Shown here: in pieces, positions 38,511 to 52,534 of the stretch
How the letters are laid out: each line of letters starts with the position of its first letter
Position numbering within the stretch: the stretch's first letter is position 1
NCBI GenBank assembly: GCA_047495785.1
Contig: JBLDXI010000031.1
Coordinates: 372,001-436,000 of the forward strand
DNA: 64,000 nt
Reading direction: 5' to 3'
From: Lepidodermella squamata
Taxonomy: Eukaryota > Animalia > Gastrotricha
The notes under the pieces: model-generated
What the model saw: only the letters and a program-made list of their open reading frames with translations
Database searches by the model: none
What the model was told of the DNA's origin: nothing
Made by a program: the position numbers and the translations under genes

Positions 38511-40764
38511 TCTTGTCTTCCGGTATCAGATATCGATCTTTGTGAGCATCAAAGGTTGATTGATCAAAGTAACTTGACGAATACTAAATTTGAGAAAATA
38601 TTAAAAAATCATCAATCTTGGATGTTGACTGCCAAGTTCTTCGAAGACATTGTGTTAGATTCATCTCTGGAATGAAGGGAATTCTACCCTCATGTAATTT
38701 GAGTTGTGAAAAAAGCTTATGAATGGCTAATAAATAATAAATAGACTCTCAAAGTGTAAATTATTTCCTAGATCTGACTGAAACTGGAAGATTGAGATGA
38801 TACAGGTTCTCCGCTTTTCCCCATGCAATTCTTCCCGAACCAATGAAATGGCGCTAAATTTACTTGAACCAAAGTAAAACTTTTCAGGGCAGCTTTTTTG
38901 AAGATATGTCCCCATTATAATGTCCTATTTTTTAACCCAAATAGATAATTGTACGAATGCATATTTAATAAACGATTGTTAGCGTGGGGCAGGCGTTTGC
39001 TATAGCAACCGATGCTCATGAAGCCAATTTGTTTGTTTATTCAACCTACGCGCAAAAAGAATTCATCTCTAAAAATCGAAAATCAGGCCGATTCTGTACT
39101 GATAATTGGCCCATCCATCTGTATCGCGCCGTCGAGATCGACTGTAGGGCAGAAATATTAGCATTCGAAAGTTTAACATTCACTTTAGATGTTTTGGGGC
39201 TGGAAAATCGCCTGAAAATGACCTGGTTCTATTGTCGCAATTGCCCTCGAGTCAATCACGACGTTACTATGCCCACAATTGTAATCCTACCGTAGGAAAG
39301 GAGAGTTTTCATGTGCTTGCCATTTGAAATATTTTTTTTGTGAAGTTGAAGAAGAAACATAAACGTCTCTTTATGCCAAATGTTCTAGATGTTCTAGATT
39401 TCAGAGCGTTATCGACTGACCCAATATCCACTCGAGCGTGTAAAAAGATCTGAATGCTAATGCACGCTCGCTACGACAATAATTAAACGCGCGCACATCA
39501 AGATCGCAAAAATCACTATGCAACTCCCTCCTAATACCGCAATTTGTTAATTCGCTATACAACCGGCACGTGCTGCTCTTTACGACCGGCATGGGTGTTG
39601 TTTTTGTTGTTGTTGACATCATAATGCAAAATATACTAGACATCTTCGACATGCAAAGCTCGGCCGGTCACACTGAATACAAAAAATGTGGGCGAGTGTT
39701 ACGCTCCAGTGATTTGAATTTAGAGAAATGCGATACTAGGTATCTGAAATCACTGAGCACAAGAAACTGAAGGAGATGAATTGGCTCTCGGAACGGCATT
39801 GTCCGCTATAAATTTAAGAAAAATTCAGGTGCATTGCACTGTCACGCGATTTGCAGCTGAGGCAAGATTACGTGACCAGTTCATAGTAGGGCAGGTACAT
39901 TATCACGATCTAGGAGGTTTATCGATTTCGGGAGTATGGCAGCAGTATGAGGAAAAGTCTCTGGTATTGGCATTGCGATGACATACATATCGAAATGTGT
40001 GGGGATTGACGCGCCTGCTTGTTGTGCAAACAAACAGAGGGCTGACTTCCGGACGCTGGTGTATTGTAAACATGAATCGACTATATTTTAAAATTGTCAT
40101 TCCACCTGAGTCGTTCTCGTTTTGGCGCATTGATGTATACCGTAAGTTTATTGAACATTTCAAAACTATCACGATTGAGTAAACAGATCAATTTCTTCCG
40201 AAAAACTTTTCTTCAGTGTACAATTGTATGTTCAATGCTGCTGGATTGAAGTAAGTGGGGATACAAATTCCGATAAATTTTTTTTCATATTCCTCTCTAA
40301 TTGTAAAGTATAAATGTTGAATTTATGATAATTCCAGGCTCGATTCTCCCAAGTTCAACGATTATTTGCAGGGGCTGTTCGTGCTCCCGAACTGATCGTT
40401 TAGACGATGCGTGAGATGCATTCCGAGATGTGAATGAGCGGCACGCGTTTCGTCGCGACGTGGCCAACCTGTGGCAGGTCGAGGCGCTCACTGCCCAACT
40501 TTTCTACCACGAAGCTTGGGTGCGCCTGTGCCACCTTGACGGTCAAATCCTCCCCCTTTCGATTGCTCCAGCCGACAAGCTGCTCACCCACTTCTTCACC
40601 CGTCGTATCCCAACTGCGCCGTTGGAGCAACGCTGTCACCTGCCCTCTGTCCATCCTCTCGCATTTACAAGCCGTCCCCAGTGCCGGTATGCAGACAGCG
40701 TCATCCACTTTTTTCTGCCGCTGCGCGGGGACATTTATAGTGTCCGACGTTCCACGCGGTTGCG

Positions 40765-40960
40765 CTTTTGTCTGATTCGCATTCTTGTCCGAAAAAAGAC
40801 AAATAATGGTGACGCGTGAGCGCTTGCATTCGTCTCTTGATTTTCAAGCCAAAGAATTGAGCCGTATTTGTGCTTTTGTCTGACTCACATTCTCGTCCGA
40901 AAAAGACAAATAACAGTGTCGCTTTTGCACTGTTGTCCGACTCGCATTTCTGTCCGAATA
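40765..40960 (+). repeat. Three degenerate copies of a ~40-bp repeat
   Basis: ttttgtctgattcgcattcttgtccgaaaaagacaaataa-like units near 40765, 40875 and 40933. Confidence 0.6.
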
Positions 40961-41860
40961 TAAGCTGAAGAGGTTTGCCGAGGTGTAGCCGTGGTGAAAA
41001 CTGGCCTCATGCTGACCTCAGTCGCAATCGTTTGAAAGCTGTTCGAGGCAAAAGGGCTCATATTCTGTCACCTGTAGAATTGTTACATAAAAATGGCTGA
41101 AGTCCTGATATCCACGTGCGAATGTTGTGAGAAATGCAAGTGAATTGGCAGGGTGTTCAAAAACACTGGCCTGCGGTGGCTGAGACTGGCTTTGCCGTAG
41201 TCGATGCGGCGCTTTGGAGTTGGTCAGGGTCGTTTTTGACGTAATATGAACAGGCGATGGCGTCGGGGGCTTCGTCAATGAAACATCTGAACATTAGACT
41301 TGCAAGCAGGTGCACATTTCGTTTTTCGTTCAGGTCGAGCCGGCCGAGTTGCTTTCGAAGAGGAACCACGTCTACTCATAAACCGAACACCAAAAAATTG
41401 GTTGATTCTTGCCGGCATATATCTAACATTCGGTTTTAGTCAATAAACTTTGAATTCTTTCGCTGAAGATATACGGGTGTAAAATGCGGATGAAACCCAC
41501 AAAAAGTAAGTGGATATTTTTCAAATCAGGTTTTGCCAATGCAACCAATATTCATCGTCATGTTGCAAATTGGTGATAACTCATATGGAGATTAAATCGA
41601 AATCTCCCAATCAATCTTCTCATCTCAGTTCATCGAGCCGTTAGAAATCTGGCAGCCGCTCGATAGTAAGAACAATTCTCATTTTATGTTTCCTCATATT
41701 GCAAGGAAAAACGCCAAATCAATACGAGTTTTTTCATTGCTACCGATCACACCTCAGCGGAAATCACGCCCCTCAGTTACTAAGAAACACCAATAATTTC
41801 TCACTTTTTTACTTCTTGAATAAACAGAAGAAAGCAAAGCTTCCTAGCACAAGCCGCAGC

Positions 41861-42577
41861 ATGATTCGCAATAACAGGCCACTCAAACTGATCCCTGGAT
41901 TAGTCGACGATTTTAAACTGGAGAAGGTTGAACCTATGCCTTGAGCCTAGATAATTCCACAATTTCCTCGATTTTAACAGGAATTTTTCGATTTTTGCGC
42001 CCGAGGAGATGCCTTGCAAGTGCAGAAACTGTTATTTATGTGCGATCCGTATCGCCTCCGCCGGTTACTCCAAGCCGTTTATTCTCAACGAGACCACGGC
42101 CAGCAAATCAATGGCTGGTCAAATTTGTTTCAGAATGGCTGTAATTGCCTCCACTTTGCTGTTTACAACGGCCATGAAAGCGTGTTGAAACAACTCCTGA
42201 ATGCTGCTTTAACTGTCGCCAAGAATGAGATCAATTTCCGCCTGGAAGATTTCGTCAATGCTCAAGATTTAACGGACAATGCTGCTGCTATCCACGTTGC
42301 CATCAGCCGGGGCCATGCAAATTGTGTCGATTTGTTGCTGAACACGCCTGGAATCGATAAAGCTATCGATATCAATTTGAAACAGCGAGCTAGGGGAGGT
42401 TGGACGCCATTGATGCTGGCTGCGTTCTATGGGCATGAGAAAATAGTTCAGATATTACTGGCCAAGGGAGCTAAAGTCAACGTTAGAGATTTTCGGTCGA
42501 ATACAGCGATGGATCTGGCGAAAAACGGCAAATACTCGAGTATTGTTATGATGTTGATGAAAGTTAATGGGGTCTGA
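41861..42577 (+). CDS. Ankyrin-repeat protein (paralog 1)
   Basis: Exons 41861-41926 and 41981-42577; LHFAVYNGH, IHVAISRGH, GWTPLMLAAFYGH, TAMDLA. Confidence 0.9.
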
Positions 42578-42948
42578 CATTACTTTTCAATAATTCCGTT
42601 GAACGAAGACTCTAGCTTTGAGAATCTGTTATTGAAACATTTTCATTCCCTAATTTTAATCAAATATCTGCATTATTCTTTCAATAATGAAGCTGGCAAC
42701 CTTTTACATGAATTCCTGTTGTAGGAAGGCCTTTGGAGCTTGATGCTCGATGATTAAAATGTATTCAAGCTCCCCAGCTGTGAAAAGCTTTTCGAAGTTG
42801 GTGCATGCTTTTAACATCGATCAGTCTGACAAGCCCAAACAAATTGCCCAATAGCCCTATTGAGTTGTATGGGGGAATCGATTTTTCAAGCTGCCGAGAA
42901 CGCCATCACTCTTTGCCTGAAATTTTTCATCGCATCTCCAAGGCCGAA

Positions 42949-43673
42949 ATGACCACCGCCACTTTCTCTTCGGACGAAAAGGTAGTTTACTATTCGGTTG
43001 TTAAAGTTTTTATTGAAAATAGCCCCAAGCTCAGTTTACTGTGAACTCTCTAGTCAGGCCAGACATCCATCTTGCTATAATATTTGCGCATTTTCAGGAC
43101 TTCTTCACAGCCTGCGCTCGAGGAGACGTCGAGTCAGTCGAGACCTTGCTTTCCGACCCAGATAAAATACGGCAACTATTAACTTCGAGCTACTCAAAAC
43201 AGCGCCACGGTAGTGATATCAACAGTTTCGCCTATCTGTTCCATTCAGGAAGCACGTGCTTGCATTTCGCAACTTACAACGGCCATATTTCTGTCCTTGA
43301 AACACTGTTGAATGAAGCCAATGGGCTGGCTGAGGCTGATTCGAGTTTTTCCCTCGCTGATTTCGTGAACAAGGCTGAAGATGAGGATGGCTGGACTGCT
43401 CTGCACTGGGCCTGTGCTCGAGGCCACGATTCTTGCGTTAATTTGCTGCTGCAAGTGCCTGGTATTGATGTGAACCGTCGCGAGTCGGTTCGAAATCGAT
43501 TGACGCCCTTAATGATGGCGGTTCTCAATGGCAAGGAAGCGATCGTGGAAGCTCTTCTAGCAAAAGGGGCAACGGCAAATGAGAAAGACGCGACGGGTCG
43601 CTCTCTGCTCGATATGGCAAAAGACGGTGGCAATCCTGCAATTATAGCCCTTTTGTCGTGGAATTGCAAGTGA
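42949..43673 (+). CDS. Ankyrin-repeat protein (paralog 2)
   Basis: Exons 42949-42981 and 43098-43673; same intron position as paralog 1 (EK|DFF); GWTALHWACARGH, TPLMMA. Confidence 0.9.
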
Positions 43674-43778
43674 AAATTGACGGAATGCTTAATAAGGTCA
43701 CTGCTAACTCATCAGTGCCTAGTGCCTGTAATTCGTGATATTAGATTATTCGTGCCTTTCGGTCTAGCCTCTATGATC

Positions 43779-43980
43779 CCCAGTCCGGCACGAGCACTTT
43801 TGGCTCATTCGAACAACTCCGAACAATTCGATTTGACCCCTTTGTTCGCCTGTTTTTTAGCATTTTCCAGCCGCACAACTCCGAACATATCCTAAAGTGC
43901 TAAAAACAGGCGAACAAAGGGGTCAAATCGAATTGTTCGGAGTTGTTCGAATGAGCCAAAAGTGCTCGCGCCGGACTGGG
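43779..43980. mobile_element. Foldback MITE with CCCAG termini and 2-bp TSD (EnSpm/CACTA-like)
   Basis: ~85-bp near-perfect inverted arms starting CCCAGTCCGGC; TC on both flanks. Confidence 0.82.
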
Positions 43981-44257
43981 TCTTAGTGAATGTTATCCCA
44001 AGAGAAGAAATTTCGGACATCGAATAAAGTCATGTAAAAACACTGCTGCTTAATCACTGCATTTCCATACTGCTCATTGGAAGTGTTTATCTGAAAAACA
44101 TACTCGCTTAAATGCGATAATATCGCTATAATATTGAATGAAGATGATCGATCAGACAAAGTTGAGTGATTTTTATTTCGGTTTTCTCTCAAGACTGAAC
44201 GCTGATCGCTGAATGCAGAAGATACTTCCATCCCGAAAATTTACAATGGTTAATGCA

Positions 44258-47200
44258 TTAGTAGTGAAGACTAGTCTTCTCGACGGATCTTCTTGTAACT
44301 ACATTGGCTGTCTCATTCGCTGCTAGAAGAGCAAGCTCGCGAAATTCCGCGACTCCTTTATGCTCGACACCCCATATTGAAGGTGCACTCATCAAGATTG
44401 TCACCATTCCGAAAATACAGGACGAAGCGTAGAGAACCAAAAACAACCGATCCATCACTCTCGCAACCATTTCCCATTCTTTCCTGAACTAAGATTAAAA
44501 AAAATGATTTTTTGTAAAATGAATGATAAAGTCCTAAATTTACCATTGTCTCCTTTTCTGTTGCTCGACAAAATTCAGCTATTTCAGTGACTTGGCCCAA
44601 GGTATACGTGATCAGCTCCCGTTTCGCCTCAATCTCCAAATCATTCTCATAAGGCGAAACAAAGTAATTACCATGACCCAGATCATCCTTCACGACATCG
44701 TAATAAAACCCGGAAGTCATTCGTCTGGCACCTGGCTCCTGAAGCGGGCCATGGTTATGAGTCGAAACACTCGGTCGTCTAACTTCCTTCCGATTCAAAA
44801 CAGAATACGACGAAGAAGACTCGGTAATTTTCGCAGAATTAGCATCATTCATCTGGCTGAATGATGACGTTTCAATATGTTCGAAGAACGCCTCCATCTC
44901 ATCGCGCTTATAGTCTTGCTTATGCTGTTTTTTCTTCTTATGTCTCGAAATGTCCTCCAGCGATTGATCTCGACTCATCTCATCAGCATGGGTGTTCTTT
45001 TCCAGCCGTATCAATTCGCGAGATTTTTTCACCTTTCTCACCTCGATGAGAAGAATGCGAGGTAGAACTTTAAGGAAGATGAATCGCACCCAGTCTGGCA
45101 GAGGAGTACATGAATTCATCGGGTTCACGAAGACTGAAATAACGACGACGGTTGACATTATTGACATGGTTACTAGGACCATCGTAAATAGAAGGTATTT
45201 TCCAATCAACGGAATCATCAAAGACGTCTATATAAATATATTTTGACGTCAATAAGGCTGAAAATATTTCCAGTTTCATGAACTTACTGGTGGGACAAGG
45301 TCCGCGAGTAAAATGATGAAAAAGGTGAGCGAAAGTAGAATTGAGATCGATAGGGTGACTTTCTCGCCAGATTCGCTCGGTAGGTAAAATACGAAAATTG
45401 TCAGCATTGATATGGCCACGCATGGGGCGATCAGATTAACTGTGTTGTATAATAAAAGTAATTTTTGAAAATCTGAGAAGAATCGGTAAGAATTAAAGCC
45501 CCTCGGACTAATAAATGACATTCAGGACGAAACAGTTGATACAATTTCGATCAAAAACTGATCAAAGATGGATCAAAATGAAATGTTCGAAAAATCTAAA
45601 AATTCGATGATCTTCGTTTGATCCACGTGAAATTGATCAAAATTCGATCAATTCTGAATTTGGATCAAATCTCGATCATATTTTGTAATGACCAACAATT
45701 GATACTAGTAGGATAATGAACCGTCAGAATCCGTCAGAACTATTCGAATTTCTTAATTGAGCTTACCTGTATAAAATAAAGCCTTTCTTCTCAATAGTAA
45801 GGTGTAGGTTATATCGACGTAGCCTTCAGTGAGTCCCGTGTAATAGACCTCATTTCTCTTTCCTGGAACAGCGATTATAAGCCATTCGACAGATTCGAAA
45901 TATCGAGATCGGTCGATGGCGTCGTAGATGAAATTGATGGAGGGCGAGCGTAGATGGACGTAGTTGACCACTCGAACATCAAAAGTCCAAGGCCCGAGCT
46001 AATTTGAAAACTATGAGTTTTTCAAAATGATTCTTCAGTCCACAAACAAACCTTCAAATCGCAAGCTTGGTCATCGAATGGGAAGTAGGTACTAGAAAAA
46101 CGCAATTGAAATGGGAGTGGGACTTCATTGATAGCAAGACTTACACGTCGATGAAGCAGAATGATCGGTAAATTGCTGGAGGTTCCCATCGAATTCTCCT
46201 GTAATGTGATTTCTGTAAAATTTGAGAGAAAAATTGAAGAGAAAAACCAACCCGGTGTGGTAAATGGTAGCTTTAGCACGGCTTGACAGCTGATAATCCC
46301 CATCGGCACTTCAAATTGGAAACAAGGCACGGTATTCGATGGATCAAAATCATCAAACTGAAGAGATCAACTCACACGACACAAATCAAATTTTCAGATC
46401 AAATTGGATTCAAATCACGAATGAATTTTATGACTGGATCTGAATTTGATCTAAAATTTCCAAAGTCTTTCAAGGGAAACTCACTTGTTATATAGCACAG
46501 TATCCGGTACCCAAACCCTAAAAGAAATTTGATTCTCTAACATTTTTATGACACATTATTGATGAAATATCACATACATTTGACTTGGTATGTGAAGCAT
46601 CTGAAAGAAAAATACGAAATTTTAGCAGGCAACTCTCGAAATTTGACATTCAGATTACCTTCCTCCCGCCGTAATCGTTGGGATCCCACCGCAAATTCAT
46701 ATCCTCCCATTCATGATTCACCCAAATCATCGTATTCATTATCTGATTTCGCTCATCCTGAAATAAAATTCAATTCATTAACGATTTTTCATAGTTTCAC
46801 CGGGTAAAAACTTACCACATCTCCAAGTTGGATCAAGGTCAACAGTAATTTTACTGTTATCTATCGAATATAAAGAACTATAATTTTCGCCTAAAATTAC
46901 GGTTTATCTCACCGCTGCTCCAGGAACCTTCTGTCTCGGCAATACAAATCGCGAATAATTGCCTTTAGGACCGAAAAATCTATCAAAAAGCTGATTGGCC
47001 TTGATTGTGTCCTCCGTTAATTCCGACAAGCCGTCTTGATCGTCCTCGCCTAATTAGAGAATTCAATATTGGGTCAAATGACATTCTGGCTGAATATTTT
47101 ACCAGATTGATGTTCGACATTCGGCTCTGGGGAAGAATTATCAGCCGCCCATTCTTCGATCGAACTAGCACTATGGTCATCTTCCATGCTGAACTCCAGC

Positions 47201-47262
47201 TCGGAATTCGCAAAGCGAAGAAAAATCGGGAAAATTACCAGAAAAAGTAATGTTGATCCCAT
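44258..47262 (-). CDS. Nicotinic acetylcholine receptor subunit (cation-type, lacking the loop C Cys-Cys)
   Basis: Signal peptide; [25 protein letters not shown]; loop [18 protein letters not shown]; [21 protein letters not shown]; [12 protein letters not shown]; M4 [10 protein letters not shown]. Confidence 0.93.
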
Positions 47263-47443
47263 TGCTTTTGAGGGCTAAAAATGACGTAAAACTATTTTAT
47301 TCTAATTTTTGGGACAAATGTTTGGCTGGGAACAATGGGCAAAGCTTGCGGTTACAATAACAAATCAGTCAATAAATACGGTGTTTACCTCATCACAGTT
47401 AATAGAATTAGCACCTGCTATTCTATTCAAATGTGGCATAATA

Positions 47444-47731
47444 CAGGGTGACTTTTTTATAGTGGAAATAATCTTTGTTAGCATTAATCGGGACTAGTAC
47501 TATCTAGTATTGCGAGTACTTGCACTGCACTAAAGTCGATTTCTCCAAACTCTTCAAACTCTATCTGATAATTATCGCGTAATACCAGGCCATTCATAAA
47601 ATTTTATTGCTAGCACGAGTTCGTTAAGTTTGGAGAAATCGACATGCAAGTACTCGCCATACAAAGATGATTCAGTACTAGACGCAATTATTGCTAACAT
47701 GGATTATTGCCACTATAAAAAAGTCACCCTG
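47444..47731. mobile_element. Tc1/mariner-type MITE
   Basis: TIR CAGGGTGACTTTTTTATAGTGG with TA TSD; long imperfect internal symmetry. Confidence 0.88.
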
Positions 47732-48327
47732 TATAGAAAGAACCAATTTTCTTTGTCTCTTCCTTGATCGATTTTAGCAGCTTGCGGTTATAAATGAACG
47801 CAAAATCCGTATGCACTTATTAGTAAGCCGTTTTTTACGATTGAGACCAGGAATATTTATAAATTTTCAGCCCTGCAGAGGGTCGAAAAATAACAAATAT
47901 AGATGCATTATTTTCTCGAAATTTAGAGCACAATAATTTATGGTAATCAATCGAAAAATTGCGATAGCACCGAATGGACCTACAAATGTGGAGTTTAACT
48001 CTCACAAAAATTATGCATAAAATTACGATTTTTTCTTATCATTTTCATGTTGGAGTGTTTGACGAATTTTCTGAATACTGTGGCATTTTTGCGCAATTTT
48101 TCACGCAATTCTTTATGATTGAAAAAACCGTCATTTTTCCACGTCGGAAGGCATTTTATTACTGTTTCTAAAATGTCCAGATCGGAACAGCACAGAACAC
48201 AACAAGATAGCAATTAAATAAGATGAAGTGGCCCGATGACATTTTCTTCTATCAATCGAAAATAATAGAAGAAATTCAGCCATAACTAGCTAAATAAAAT
48301 CAGGAAAAATTCGGAAAATTTCTATCG

Positions 48328-48750
48328 CTACTCCTCGGCCTGAAAGTTGATGAAAAGCTTGCAAGAATGGCCGTCAGCATTGATTGAAGATCGTTGATTG
48401 AAAGTTTTCGCAATAAATTCGTTAATAGCTAAACAAATAGCACGGCCTTTTTCGTTTGAATCGAACACCAACGTCAATTCAGCAGGGTTTTCTTTGATTT
48501 TCGCTCTGTCGATGACCGAATTTAGTTTCAGCTGATTCATAGCCTTTAAAACGTAGGTTTTCGCCTCGTCGATGGATAGTTCTTTCAAGACGAGGACATT
48601 TCGAGGTCTGGCGAAATTGTAGCTCTCGTAGAAGAGTTTGGCGGCTAGTTTGTTGTCGAAATCAGCGTATCGAGCATAGGCGAGGCCTAATGAGCCGTAT
48701 TTTGTCGCAAGGCCTCGCAATTTTCGCGCTTTTTCCAGTTGAAATTCTAA
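48328..48750 (-). CDS. Last exon of a putative DUF1771/Smr-domain protein
   Basis: Helical A/K-rich segment then LVLKELSIDEAKTYV...LTLVF...KG.AI..AINEFI, resembling an Smr fold; upstream exons unresolved. Confidence 0.5.
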   Translation of the reverse strand, partial: LEFQLEKARKLRGLATKYGSLGLAYARYADFDNKLAAKLFYESYNFARPRNVLVLKELSIDEAKTYVLKAMNQLKLNSVIDRAKIKENPAELTLVFDSNEKGRAICLAINEFIAKTFNQRSSINADGHSCKLFINFQAEE

Positions 48751-49325
48751 AAAAGAAGCGCATACAAATTTTTTCAAATTTTTAAGTGTTTGAAATTCTG
48801 GTTTTTTCGACCAAAATTGAAAGCTTAATAAAAAAAAACAAGCGATTATTTAAAAAGAAAATTAAAAATAACCTCAAATAACAAAATCAGGAAGAATTAG
48901 GATGCAGATTTAGCACCTGGGAGCGAGAAATTTCAGGATTTTTGCTGCTAAAAAATGTAGGAAAATTCAATAAAATGTCCTCGAACTATTCACCATTTTA
49001 TATAATAAAATTCGTATAAAAAGAGAGATTTTCTCGCTAAAAGAAAATTCTTTCAGAAATTCAGAAGTATTCTTGAAAAAGGTTGGCTATGCTGATGATA
49101 CCCCCACAATCCTCAATTTATACCCTCTAGTTCAGCTTTCAGAACTGGATTCTTCAGCTCTTCGGACTTTAACCTTGAAAAACGGACAATTTTTAGAATC
49201 AACCGGCAAAAGAAAAATGTTTCAATATTTTTGTCTAAAATTGGAGAATCGGATAACTAACTAAAATACGAAAATAAACTCGATTAAGGAAATCTATTAG
49301 GGAAAAGAAATTGCTAATCCTTACC

Positions 49326-49733
49326 TTGAAGCGGGTGCTTCGGAGTGTAGTCATGCGGATCGGCAGATATCTCCTCAATAACAGCAGACACAGGTTCTTC
49401 GTTTTTAGCCGGCCCTTCGACCTCCATTGCCTCGTCAATGCCCGGCCGGGTCAAATCCAGGCACGTGACACCCTGTTGCTGCTGCGCGGCCCAGTCGAAA
49501 GCTGGCGCGGCTTGTAAGGCAATAGCATTCTCGCTCTGGCTACTTTTAACCACCCTGCTGTGGTGATGGCCGCCGAAATTCAAGGCCGATGATTCAAGGC
49601 CTGTCATCAGTTGCTGCTGTTGCTTATAGGCCGAAGCCATATCGTCCGAAGTTGTCCGAGACGTGTTGTCTTTGCTGCTTATTTTCGATAATGGCATGCG
49701 GCCGGCGAGTCGCTTTTTGAAAAATCGCAACAT
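49326..49733 (-). CDS. Probable 5' coding exon, low complexity, possibly of the Smr-like gene
   Basis: GC-richer ORF ending at a GTAAG donor; I could not find a clean in-frame join to 48750. Confidence 0.4.
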
Positions 49734-51163
49734 TGCTGGTATATTGTCGTCTCAGAAATCAACGATGCGGAAAATTGTTATTATTATTATCTCAGCAGGC
49801 GCCGCAAAGTCAATAATCGCGCGTCTTTGTAATAATATATTATTATGCTAAATTATACAATAATAAAATTTTCGCAAATAAAAATATTATTATTATCGCA
49901 ACAAAATCAAGTGCGAAAAATTTTCGCTTTTAATTATCAAAAGTTTTTCGATGAGAGCTGAAAGCTGACCAATTCTCTAGCGGATAAAATTTATCAAAAT
50001 TTTTGGTGGGTGAATGATAAAAAAATTAGCTCTTTTATTTGGCCGTGAAATGAAATCGATTTATTTTCTGTGTCTCAATGCCCACTCGACCTGCGAAAAC
50101 AAATACTAATTTTGAGCGCGCGCGCGGCCTTAATTGCGCGCGTTTTTATATTATATAATATATTATATAGCGCGCGCGCGAGCGCAAAAACAACATCGTG
50201 TTGTTATCGCGCCTTTTAGAAAAATCGGCTGGCCATAAGGACAAGTTGAGTGTTATTAGGTTTTTATTTGCAGTTGTTCTTCAAGTCTGAGAGTCGAATT
50301 AATAGCTGGGAAAAAATTTATCGCACTACACGGCACGCAATTTTAATTGGTCTCAGACGTCCTTAAAGACCAAATTGCACTGAATTTTTTCCGCGCTCCC
50401 AGCTGTCCAATATTATGCATAAGCGGGCCAAGAAAAAATCCGGCAAAAAATCATATTTTTATGCAAATTTAAGGAGGCACGATTTCGACTGAGGGGTTTT
50501 GAATTCGAAATTATTCGATGCTAATAATTCAGCGTTTTATTATGAGGCTTATAATAAAATTTCGAGGATGAGTTGATGTCTTGTTGAGATTATCGAGGGT
50601 GAGACAATGGGGTCATTTAGCGCTATGATGGCGCTGAAACTGTTAACAATCGTAAAGTATGTGAGACGCTGATTTTCACGCGCAATTTCATGCGCGCGCG
50701 TGCGGCAATATGCGCATTATTAATAACGAGACACGCCCGATGCTTAATCCTCGTCGCATCCTCAACTGCGCGTCGCCGGTTTTATTATTGCTGCGTGAGG
50801 AACAATATAAGGCGGCGTTTTAAGGCGGACACATTGCTTATTAAGGCCGGCACGTTTTTGATATTCAGCCGAAGTGATTGCTCAAGAGATAAAATTATGA
50901 ATATTAGATATTTTAGGTTTTGATCCTGAAACATAGGCAAATGACTTTCGAATGTAAGACGGAATTTTTCATGATTTTTATCAAATTTTCGAAAAATCAT
51001 AAAAAAATAAATGAAATTCGAGGATTTTTTCCACGATTTTATGAATATTTCTACAAATTTTTTCGCTCTAAAATATAATATTTTCTCTGCAATATAATCA
51101 AAAATTACTGTTCAAGTTCCGAGTTTTTTATTGAAATTTCAATCTGGAATCAAAAGGAAAAAA

Positions 51164-51760
51164 TTATTGCGTGTTAATTAACTCGCGACATTCCGGTGCG
51201 ATCCTGTGCGGCGTTCTCAAAAATGCCCACCAATCCAGGCCCAATTTCTCTCGGTAAATTTCGAACGATTTCTCAATTAAATCTTGCGACAAATCCGGCT
51301 GTCTCGCTAGTATCCAGGCGTACATGCAGCGATACAGTCCGAAAAGCAGGTTGACATCGCTGAAAACCAGCGAAATGGTGTCGTAATCAGTGTACAAAAC
51401 GCGATAATCGCCTGCTGGTAGAAATCGGAAAAATTTGTTCATCATCCGAGCTGGTTGTTTTTGATCCGGTGTTGTACCGCGGCCTACGATTTGATGCCAG
51501 CGATTTTTGCCGGGCAGCCATTCTTTGTTAAGGACTCGAAAACTGCCGCCATTGTCGTCATTCGGCGTGTAATTTGCTGTGATGTCGGTGCCAGATTCGA
51601 ATGGAATATTGCGAGTTCGGTAGATTTCGAACCAGACGCCGTAGTAGCGCGACAAATCAAAGTCTGCCTGCAACTGGATAGATTTCGCCTGGATGAACAA
51701 TTTTCGACTAAAAACATTCACTTCAAACAATTAAAGTTACTTCCTAACCTTTTTGTTCAT
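51164..51760 (-). CDS. Lipocalin (ApoD/Blc/TIL-like) 1
   Basis: GVWFEI, YRVLYTDY, AWILAR motifs; micro-exon MNKK (51760-51749) then exon 51688-51164. Confidence 0.9.
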
Positions 51761-52534
51761 TTGATTTCGAGGTGAATAAAAATGTTAGAATTGAAATTTT
51801 CCATTTCTAGAATGTGTATATCATAGCATTTCTTGCGTAACACAGGAAATTCTATAGACGCAGGACAAAAAAGTACCAAGAATGGAATTTTGTTCTAAAA
51901 GAAACAACAACAGCTGCTGGGCCATTTTATCAGACCATCTTAGGAGGTTCTCGAGGTTCTCACTAAAAATGTTGATCCCACGCTTTTTTGAGGGAATCCT
52001 ATGCAACACCTTCGGAAGCTCCTTAGAAGTCGATTTCTCAGCATTTCAAACTCTTTATGTTTGGCATGTTTATTGAAAGAATTTTTTTGAAAAATGTCCC
52101 CACGTGTTATTTTGGACTGAAACTCCCGTTGTAACAGTTCACCTGAGCAGTCAACACTTGATTTGACCTAGTTTCAGACAAACCGATTTTAAGCGCACCT
52201 CGATCGGTTTCAACGAAATGGCAAATGGCCAACCTTAAGACCAATCTTTAAACTGAAAATTGCGGAATTTTATTGGCATTTTTCTTTTAATCGTAAAATT
52301 TTCGAAAATTCAGAAAACGCAGTTTTTGGGCCATTCAATAATTTTTCGAAGTTCGACAATTTTTATATTGTAAGATCCGAAGGTCGAATTAATTGCGAGA
52401 AAAATATCAAGAACCGATATCAGCATTAATAAAATATTAGAATTATTTTATTAAAATACCAATTATTCAAATAAATCTGAACATTTTCAGGGTTCATAAT
52501 CTTACAAAATTTCCATCGTGAATTTGCGGGCTTA

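Noticed and set aside
39400-41450. Short GC-rich ORFs (e.g. 40400-40819, 41157-41369)
   Set aside because: No recognisable motif or consistent splice structure; cannot choose a frame.
49326-49360. eIF4E, from the KHPLQ motif
   Set aside because: No downstream Trp-rich eIF4E sequence in any nearby exon.
50110-50190. GC/AT palindromic stretch as a special element
   Set aside because: Low-complexity (CG)n and (TA)n runs are self-complementary by default; no further support.
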